Assembly (NCBI GenBank): GCA_044358425.1
Contig: CP054849.1
Location: 609,663-620,561 of the forward strand
Origin: Marine Group I thaumarchaeote
GTDB taxonomy: Archaea > Thermoproteota > Nitrososphaeria > Nitrososphaerales > Nitrosopumilaceae
Length of the DNA stretch: 10,899 bases
Reading direction: 5' to 3'
Shown here in pieces: positions 1 to 6,129 of this stretch. Every line of letters begins with the position of its first letter. Positions within the stretch are counted from its first letter, which is position 1. The notes beneath the pieces were generated by a model. It did no database searches, had not been told where the DNA came from, and saw nothing but the letters and a program-made list of their open reading frames with translations. The translations under genes were made by a program, and so were the position numbers.

Positions 1-177
1 CCTGAAATTTATGAACATGTATGTGACCAAATATCTTCTCAAAATATCTTATTCATTGATGATAAACAAGAAAATTTGGATGTTGCAAAATTATTTGATA
101 TGGAGACTATTTTATTCACATCTGATGATTACGAATCTGGGTTAATTGAAGAAAAAATATTGAATTTTTTAAATTAA
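1..177 (+). CDS. HAD-superfamily hydrolase, C-terminal part (5' truncated by window)
   Basis: Frame 1 is open from base 1 to TAA at 175-177: PEIYEHVCDQISSQNILFIDDKQENLDVAKLFDMETILF... This fits HAD motif III/IV ((KP)xPEIY...hFIDD..EN...A). Not in the ORF track. Confidence 0.8.
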   Translation, partial: PEIYEHVCDQISSQNILFIDDKQENLDVAKLFDMETILFTSDDYESGLIEEKILNFLN

Positions 178-262
178 CTGATAATTATTTTCATTTAGTT
201 ATTCATTAGCACTATCAAAATAATATCTTTTTAGTTATATTCCATAATATTGGAATTTTTAC

Positions 263-1231
263 ATGTCTGATTTTTCACGACCGATTATTGGTATCAGTAA
301 ATGCTTGGAATTTGATATGTGCAGATATGATGGAAGTAGAATTAATAATAATTTTGTCAGAAATATGAAAAAGTATGTAGATTTTGTAGATATTTGCCCT
401 GAAGTTGGAATTGGGCTGGGAACTCCTAGAAAACCAATTAGATTAGTCAAAATTGATGGAAAAAAAAATCTCTATCAGCCTTCTAGTGACAGAAATTTAA
501 CAGATGAAATGCATAATTTTACTAAAAAGTTTGTAGCTTCAACTGAAGTTCTTGATGGTTTTATCTTCAAACGTGATTCTCCAACTTGTGGAATAACTGA
601 TGTTAGATTATATCATAAATTAGGTACAGATTCTGGTTATCAAAAAACTTCTGGAATGTTTTCTGAAGGAGTATCTGCAGAATTTCCAAATATGGTAAAG
701 GAGGATGAAAAAAGATTATCTAATATTTCAATCCGAGAGCATTTTCTCACTAGGATTTTTGTTTTGGCAAATTTAAGAGAATCCTTAAAACAACAATCTA
801 TGGAAAAATTATTTGAATTTTATTCAAAAAATATGCTGCTATTTTTATGTCATGATGAAAAATTAACAGCTGAACTTGGACTGCTTTTTAGAATTCAAGA
901 TGATTTTGCAATTATTTCAAAGAAATTTCAAAAAATTGCATATGATGCATTGTCCTCCCCTGTAAAAAAAGCCCCCATGATTAACACATTTGAGTATATG
1001 TATAATTTTGTAAAATTAAAATTATCTGAATCTGAACAATCTTATTATCAATCATTAATTGATAAGTTTGAAAATGATTTAATTTCACAATCAGAAATAT
1101 CGACACTGCTCTATTCTTGGGCTTTAAGATATGATGTGAAAATTATTTTGGAACAATCTCTATTTGATCCTTTTCCAAAAAACTTATTGTTAGATCTAGT
1201 TGAATCAAAAAAAGAATATTCTGTTTTGTAA
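263..1231 (+). CDS. DUF523 (TudS-type thio-nucleobase desulfidase, Fe-S) + DUF1722 fusion, YbgA/RudS-like
   Basis: N-terminal motifs GISKCL..CRYDG, CPEVGIGLGTPR and SPTCG are characteristic of DUF523. EDEKRL..REHFLTRIF and C-terminal Q.LFDPFP match the DUF1722-fused form. Confidence 0.88.
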   Translation: MSDFSRPIIGISKCLEFDMCRYDGSRINNNFVRNMKKYVDFVDICPEVGIGLGTPRKPIRLVKIDGKKNLYQPSSDRNLTDEMHNFTKKFVASTEVLDGFIFKRDSPTCGITDVRLYHKLGTDSGYQKTSGMFSEGVSAEFPNMVKEDEKRLSNISIREHFLTRIFVLANLRESLKQQSMEKLFEFYSKNMLLFLCHDEKLTAELGLLFRIQDDFAIISKKFQKIAYDALSSPVKKAPMINTFEYMYNFVKLKLSESEQSYYQSLIDKFENDLISQSEISTLLYSWALRYDVKIILEQSLFDPFPKNLLLDLVESKKEYSVL

Positions 1232-1269
1232 TTATTTTTAATTTAATTCAATTTATGAAATTCAGACAA

Positions 1270-1332
1270 AAAGTTGTAATTATTTTATTTTGATCTGTAA
1301 TTATTTCATCATGATCTGTAAAAATTACATAA
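1270..1332. promoter_or_regulatory. Three 21-bp-period imperfect repeats, each with a TGTAA-N3-TT(A/T)(C/T)A box; putative operator array
   Basis: TGTAAttaTTTTA 1275-1287, TGTAAttaTTTCA 1296-1308, TGTAAaaaTTACA 1317-1329. TGATCTGTAA is exactly repeated at 1291-1300 and 1312-1321. Confidence 0.55.
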
Positions 1333-1367
1333 AAAAAATTATACTTAATTATGATAACTTCCTAGGT

Positions 1368-1457
1368 ATGGTATTAGGAGTAAGTCCACCTTAACCCCCT
1401 GAGTGCAACGCTCAAAAGGAAACCAAACGGGATTTTGCCCTGGGCTTATTCATCTTT
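1368..1457 (+). ncRNA. Candidate structured small RNA of unknown family
   Basis: Local GC enrichment. 11-bp closing helix 1378-1388/1441-1451, inner hairpin 1400-1405/1409-1414. Three G-U pairs work only on the + strand. TATA-like 1339-1350 upstream and a T-run just downstream. Confidence 0.55.
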
Positions 1458-1508
1458 TAATTATTTTTCAATGCAAAGCATTAATTTGTGATATTTTTGA
1501 TCAAAGTT

Positions 1509-1988
1509 ATGTCATTTGAAATTGATTGGCATGATAATTTTTATGGAATATCCTGGGCTTATGAAAAAGATAGACTTGTAGTCTCTACTGTTTTTGAAGA
1601 TAAAAAAGAAGCAACAACTATTGCACAAGAAATAGAAGAATGGAGTGACAAGTTTACTCGATTAACAATTATTGAAAAAGATAATGGTGAATTTTCTATT
1701 TGTTGTTACGAAGATCCTCAAATCTCTAAAAGCTCTAAACATATTGGTCTATTTAGAACTGGAATGATACAAAGTGGGGGTTATGAGCAAGCAAAACCTA
1801 TGATTGAGGAAAAACCTCCTTTATTGCAAATTGCATATGCTTCTGATGTTAGAGATATGACTACTTATGAACAAATATCGCGACTTGTTCCAATGAGAAA
1901 ATGTAGAATTATTTCTGAAAAGGATTTGAAAAAACAAGAATATTATTTTGAAAGAACTGCCCATAACAAAAAAAATAATGAAATCTAA
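1509..1988 (+). CDS. Hypothetical protein (~159 aa); ATG at 1509 preferred over GTG at 1488
   Basis: Long ORF with globular composition. AT-rich TATA-like ATTAATTT at ~1480 suits a start at 1509. No motif recognised. Confidence 0.75.
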   Translation: MSFEIDWHDNFYGISWAYEKDRLVVSTVFEDKKEATTIAQEIEEWSDKFTRLTIIEKDNGEFSICCYEDPQISKSSKHIGLFRTGMIQSGGYEQAKPMIEEKPPLLQIAYASDVRDMTTYEQISRLVPMRKCRIISEKDLKKQEYYFERTAHNKKNNEI

Positions 1989-2126
1989 AATATCCTATTC
2001 ATTACTTATGGACAATTGTCGATAATTGTTTGAAATTGATATAAAGAATCACTATCAAATCATTCATAACATTGCTACTGATCAATCATTCATCTCTTTT
2101 AAATGCAAATTTGATTTACTCTATTC

Positions 2127-2198
2127 ATGAATGATAACACCACCTCAACTAACTGGGAAGATGCTATAGGCTCATCCTGGTTAATTTCAGATGAGTAA
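2127..2198 (+). CDS. Putative 23-aa micro-protein MNDNTTSTNWEDAIGSSWLISDE
   Basis: TTTAAA at 2098-2103 about 24 nt before the ATG, and a T5 run right after the stop. Overlaps an antisense 46-aa ORF (2099-2239), so the coding strand is ambiguous. Confidence 0.35.
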   Translation: MNDNTTSTNWEDAIGSSWLISDE

Positions 2199-2272
2199 TC
2201 TTTTTGATTACTTATTCTGAAATGAATCCTTGTTTTCATAACTTTATTTTATTGATTTTTTAATGTATGTAG

Positions 2273-2413
2273 ATGCAAAATCCCATTGATATTGAACATA
2301 CAAAAGAATGCAAATATAGAAATGATAATGATTTACCACATACAAATTGTTACTGCAAATGTCATAAAATTTTGATGATGGAATCTAGTAAGTTGCAATC
2401 AAGAACTTTCTGA
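2273..2413 (+). CDS. 46-aa Cys/His-rich putative metal-binding micro-protein
   Basis: MQNPIDIEHTKECKYRNDNDLPHTNCYCKCHKILMMESSKLQSRTF, with HxxxC...HxxCxCxCH. TATA-like TTTATTT at ~2243-2249. Below the ORF-track length cutoff. Confidence 0.6.
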   Translation: MQNPIDIEHTKECKYRNDNDLPHTNCYCKCHKILMMESSKLQSRTF

Positions 2414-2641
2414 TTCTTTTTTTGGCTCAAAATTCTCTACAATTTCTGTCACTGTTTTTATTATTGCTTCTTTAATCTGTTCTTGATTCATTCCTGATTT
2501 GTGCATTAATTTCATTTGGTCCATTAATGCAAAATGCACGCGACCTTGTAGATAATCTACAATTCCAAAATTACCTTTTGGAAATTCTGTTACAAATAAT
2601 TCATGATCTGTGGGATCACTTGAAGATTCAGACATATACAT
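2399..2641 (-). CDS. Hypothetical protein (80 aa)
   Basis: ORF with plausible composition, divergent from the 2706 gene across an AT-rich spacer containing TATA-like elements. Confidence 0.7.
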   Translation of the reverse strand: MYMSESSSDPTDHELFVTEFPKGNFGIVDYLQGRVHFALMDQMKLMHKSGMNQEQIKEAIIKTVTEIVENFEPKKESESS

Positions 2642-2705
2642 TATCTAAAAAAATACTATTATAAAATTTGCAAATATTCATTAATCTCTAAAAGTAGACA
2701 ACTTC

Positions 2706-3056
2706 ATGACTGAATTTATTCACAAACCATATGATAAAATCTATGTTCGTGACATGATACAACTTAGTCTTGATGATCTTATTGGTATGATGTCTTCATT
2801 GGAATCAGCAAATGCCTATTGGGTAGATGGTGTATTGTTTGCAAGTTTTGCAATGACTGAATCTGAAGAATTGGCTAAAAAAGAAATGAATAATGAAATG
2901 TTTTTAGATAAAGTAATTTTTGCAAAATGTGAAAATTATTCAAAGACTGTTAAATCCTCAACTAATTTAGAAATTGGTGTATTAAACATGCAAAAAAGTA
3001 GTCTATATGTGGATTTAATCAAATGGCTAAAAACCCAACCCATTTGGTCAAGTTAA
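2706..3056 (+). CDS. Hypothetical protein (116 aa)
   Basis: Clean ORF with globular pattern (PYDKIYVRD, AYWVDGVLF). No function recognised. Confidence 0.8.
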   Translation: MTEFIHKPYDKIYVRDMIQLSLDDLIGMMSSLESANAYWVDGVLFASFAMTESEELAKKEMNNEMFLDKVIFAKCENYSKTVKSSTNLEIGVLNMQKSSLYVDLIKWLKTQPIWSS

Positions 3057-3123
3057 CTACTAACTTTTTGACATTTAATCAATCAAGTATAATCTTTTTA
3101 TGATGATTAATTTGATTTAGAAT

Positions 3124-3651
3124 ATGGCACTTAAATCTGAAGCATCCTTTAAAGAATATCTAAAAAAATTATCTGATGAGACAATTATTAGATACTATTC
3201 TGATGTGGAGTATTCTCCATTTCCTATCTTACTTATCCAGGAATATACAAGACGATTTGAACAAAAAAGTAAAAATGAAATTATAAAGGATCTAAAGTAT
3301 CAGACTCGGTTAGCCAAAAAAAAGACTCTGGAAATTAGCCAAATGGCTAAAAAACATAAGTTAATTGATGATGTAACTAAACAGAAATCTCAAGAAATTG
3401 TAAGTCAGGCTAAAAAGAAGGGATTCCAAATTTCTGAAAAAATTTCTGACAAGCGTCATGATTTAGGTTCAAAATTAAAAACCACAGCTAAATCTAAAAT
3501 TCAAAAAACTGTGAAAGTTGGAAAATCATTAAAAGTTTCTAAAAAAGAGAATCTTGAACTCTTAGAAAGTTTAGCAAGACTAAAGGATGCTGGAGTAATT
3601 ACTGCTAAAGAATTTCAAGAAAAGAAAAAGAAACTTCTTTCAACAATTTAA
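3124..3651 (+). CDS. Lys-rich helical protein with C-terminal SHOCT domain
   Basis: C-terminus LELLESLARLKDAGVITAKEFQEKKKKLL fits the SHOCT consensus (L..L..L...G.IT.EEF...K..LL). Confidence 0.8.
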   Translation: MALKSEASFKEYLKKLSDETIIRYYSDVEYSPFPILLIQEYTRRFEQKSKNEIIKDLKYQTRLAKKKTLEISQMAKKHKLIDDVTKQKSQEIVSQAKKKGFQISEKISDKRHDLGSKLKTTAKSKIQKTVKVGKSLKVSKKENLELLESLARLKDAGVITAKEFQEKKKKLLSTI

Positions 3652-4064
3652 TTTTTGGATAATTTTTTAAATTTCTCAAATTCTGATTTAGTCTTAACAA
3701 ATTGATCAGTTAAAATTTTACAAGAAAAAATTTGATTCATTTTATTATCTATGATGAATATCACTTCATTAAAAATTACTGATTCAATAAACTCTATGGA
3801 TGGATATAATGTATATTCAAGCAATTCTTGATTAATTTGAATTTTAAATTTACATCCCATTACTAATCCTATTTCTTCATGTTTGTTTATAAATCCCCTT
3901 AAGCTTGCCTTAATTTCTGATTGATTTTCTAATGATTCGAATTTTAATCTGTTTTTGGAATTATTGTCTATAATGCATGCAACAGGATTCTTTTGAATAT
4001 GTAGGACTGAAGATTTGTGAGTTTCTGCATACTCTTTAATTTCTTTAATTTTATCTAATGGCAT
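3648..4064 (-). CDS. Hypothetical protein (138 aa)
   Basis: ORF convergent with the SHOCT gene, stops overlapping in TTAA at 3648-3651. No motif recognised. Confidence 0.75.
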   Translation of the reverse strand: MPLDKIKEIKEYAETHKSSVLHIQKNPVACIIDNNSKNRLKFESLENQSEIKASLRGFINKHEEIGLVMGCKFKIQINQELLEYTLYPSIEFIESVIFNEVIFIIDNKMNQIFSCKILTDQFVKTKSEFEKFKKLSKN

Positions 4065-4128
4065 ATTATTTTAATTAAAATTTAATTAATTAATTTTCAT
4101 TATCAATGCTATTTTTTAGTATTCTCTG

Positions 4129-4161
4129 AAAAAAAAGTCAGTCTCCGTATTTTTGGAGACT
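4129..4161 (-). terminator. Hairpin plus T8 tract, terminator-like
   Basis: AGTCTCC 4140-4146 / GGAGACT 4155-4161 is a perfect 7-bp stem with 8-nt loop. A8 at 4129-4136 reads as T8 on the minus strand. Confidence 0.6.
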
Positions 4162-4180
4162 CTGTAATGCATTAACTAGT

Positions 4181-4249
4181 TTATGTGAGCATTGGGCTCT
4201 TCCAGCTAACACCGCGAGATGTCTCTGACTCTAAACTCCATAGAATCAT
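4181..4249 (-). CDS. Putative 22-aa micro-ORF MILWSLESETSRGVSWKSPMLT (alternatively a small ncRNA)
   Basis: GC-enriched island. TTTAAA at 4274-4269 upstream of the ATG, terminator-like hairpin about 20 nt after the stop. Confidence 0.35.
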   Translation of the reverse strand: MILWSLESETSRGVSWKSPMLT

Positions 4250-4387
4250 CTTTTTGTTAAAAATTAAATTTAAAAAAAATTACTTGAGTGTTTAACTTTT
4301 TCACATCAATAAGATCGCTATTTTTTATTTTTAAATTTTTTTTATAATTATTATGCAGCTATTCTGAATCTTCCGTAAATTATGTAA

Positions 4388-4720
4388 ATGTCTATTAAAA
4401 GAACAATGATCGCTGACCCAATAAACCAATCTCGAATTGTTGATAATTCTACAATTCCATCTTGGATTAAAAACAACGCAGGCTGATGGGCTGACGGAAC
4501 AATTGATGATGATTCATTTGTCCAAGGAATTCAATATCTAATAGAAAATAATATTTTGGATGTTACTTCTCAAACAATTGATACTTCTCAAGAAAAAATC
4601 CCATCCTGGATTAAAAACAACGCAGGCTGGTGGGCTGACGGTACCATAGATGATAATTCTTTCATCACAGGTATTGAATGGTTAGTATCAAATGGAATAA
4701 TCCACATTAAAAATAACTAA
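4388..4720 (+). pseudogene. Remnant with two IPSWIKNNAGWWADG..IDD..F..GI..L repeats, interrupted by in-frame TGA at 4484-4486
   Basis: MSIKRTMIADPINQSRIVDNSTIPSWIKNNAG*WADGTIDDDSFVQGIQYLIENNIL...IPSWIKNNAGWWADGTIDDNSFITGIEWLVSNGIIHIKNN. No signal peptide or N-terminal passenger domain. Confidence 0.8.
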
Positions 4721-4914
4721 TCTGTCCTTGTACATCCACATTTAACATATACTACTTTGAATTCCCCTTCACTTTTGATATTATGTGACATTGGTTTGTT
4801 ACAGTATTGACACTCAGTCCAACCGTGATATTCGTCTACTGTAACTATTTTGTATTCCCAAGATTTTTTCTTACTGTCCCAAAATACTGAATTAATCTCT
4901 TTTGGAGAATCCAT
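4717..4914 (-). CDS. Small zinc-ribbon-like protein (65 aa)
   Basis: CQYC...CGC cysteine pattern. Confidence 0.75.
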   Translation of the reverse strand: MDSPKEINSVFWDSKKKSWEYKIVTVDEYHGWTECQYCNKPMSHNIKSEGEFKVVYVKCGCTRTD

Positions 4915-5022
4915 ATCAAAAATACCTATTAATTATTTAATTAATTTTTAGAATTCTTGTTTTAATATTAGGCATAAAAATCTCTAATTAAACCGTAAAT
5001 AGGGCAATTTTTAGATTAAATT

Positions 5023-5631
5023 ATGAAAGATATTGCTATTAATTCTATTTTAGATTCTATGAATGCTGATAGTGCATATCTTACAGATATGTGGGAGACT
5101 TGTCTTGATGAAAAAAGAAAAAGATATGCCAGAAATAAATTCTTATCAGTTTTAGATAAAATGGAAAAACTTGGATATCTAAAAAAACAAGGATATAAAA
5201 CTGAAATTACGTATACAAAATTACAATTTCAAGATACCGCAGATCATATTGGATTCATCAATAATATTGTTTTTACAAATGAATCATCGATTACAAAATC
5301 ATTAAAAAAATTGGATAGCAAAAAAATCTTTATTGATATTTCAAAAGATCTTAATTCTCAAAAATTAAATAAATTAATTTTAAAAGATTATGATTTACTT
5401 ATTAACAGTATAACGAATATGTTGGAATTATCTTCTTCAATTATGCTTACTATTGAAAATACTAAAAACATAGAATTAAAAAAAGAATTAAAAAATAATT
5501 TTAAGCAAATTAAAGAATTTTTAGATGAATCAAATGAAATTCTAATGAAATTTAGAGGTTCAAATGAAAGAATTGTATTACAACGAATTTTAAATAATAG
5601 AATTCCAAAACCCGGATGCATAAAAATTTAA
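5023..5631 (+). CDS. Hypothetical protein, possible N-terminal winged helix-turn-helix plus helical C-terminal domain
   Basis: RNKFLSVLDKMEKLGYLKKQGYKTEITY resembles a wHTH recognition helix plus wing. BRE/TATA-like AACCG-TAAATA at 4991-5001. The ORF is solid; the fold is inference. Confidence 0.7.
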   Translation: MKDIAINSILDSMNADSAYLTDMWETCLDEKRKRYARNKFLSVLDKMEKLGYLKKQGYKTEITYTKLQFQDTADHIGFINNIVFTNESSITKSLKKLDSKKIFIDISKDLNSQKLNKLILKDYDLLINSITNMLELSSSIMLTIENTKNIELKKELKNNFKQIKEFLDESNEILMKFRGSNERIVLQRILNNRIPKPGCIKI

Positions 5632-5641
5632 AATAATTTTT

Positions 5642-5821
5642 TTACTGCATTGAATAATGAACATCACAAAATAATACAATTCCATTTGATAATGTTTTAG
5701 CTGAAATACTGTGTCCATCGGCCAAACCTTTACCACAAACATAACACTCAACTTTTGAAACAGAGGATTGAATATTATTTTCAATTTTTGTCTCTTGCAT
5801 TATTGTTCTACTTTGCATCAT
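5642..5821 (-). CDS. Small zinc-finger-like protein (~59 aa); start at 5821 preferred over 5875
   Basis: CYVC...FCDVH (C3H) pattern. TTTATA at 5850-5845 lies about 24 nt upstream of ATG 5821, inside the longer ORF call. Confidence 0.75.
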   Translation of the reverse strand: MMQSRTIMQETKIENNIQSSVSKVECYVCGKGLADGHSISAKTLSNGIVLFCDVHYSMQ

Positions 5822-6129
5822 GCTAACACTGCGATCAACTATGCTATAAAGGTACCGTACTATACCGTAATACATTTATGCCTAAATTATTCGAATTTAA
5901 TTCCATATTATGATGAAAATTATCTTTAACAAATTGGACAGTTTAGGCTAATTATGCGATTTTCTCATGCCTAAGACTTTAACAGTTTTTGAAAAAGAGA
6001 AAAGTTCTGAATTATTGCCATATTTCTAAGATTTTTTAAAAAAATATCAATCTATTGAAAAACTACGATCAGGATTTTTCTTCTTTTTGAATTGTATTAC
6101 AGTGTTTTCGACATTCTTAAATTCTAGAA

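Noticed and set aside
259-450. 63-aa minus-strand ORF
   Set aside because: Antisense shadow of the well-supported DUF523 gene.
1270-1332. CRISPR-like repeat
   Set aside because: 21-bp period with no unique spacers and no cas genes.
1351-1402. Possible C/D box sRNA (ATGATAA ... CTGA)
   Set aside because: No convincing D'/C' boxes, and it ignores the 11-bp helix that extends to 1451.
1377-1451. Resemblance to RNase P RNA ends (GAGnAAGTCC ... GGCTTA)
   Set aside because: About 75 nt is far too short and the internal conserved regions are missing.
4484-4486. Selenocysteine or genetic code 4 recoding of TGA
   Set aside because: The aligned residue is Trp, not Cys; TGA terminates trpE and trpG; Trp is TGG elsewhere.
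5388-5784. Minus-strand ORFs 5388-5621 and 5590-5784
   Set aside because: They overlap better-supported genes (5023-5631 and 5642-5821) and show no motifs.
5967-6029. 20-aa ORF MPKTLTVFEKEKSSELLPYF
   Set aside because: Its ATG is part of the ATGCCTAA motif and there is no independent support.
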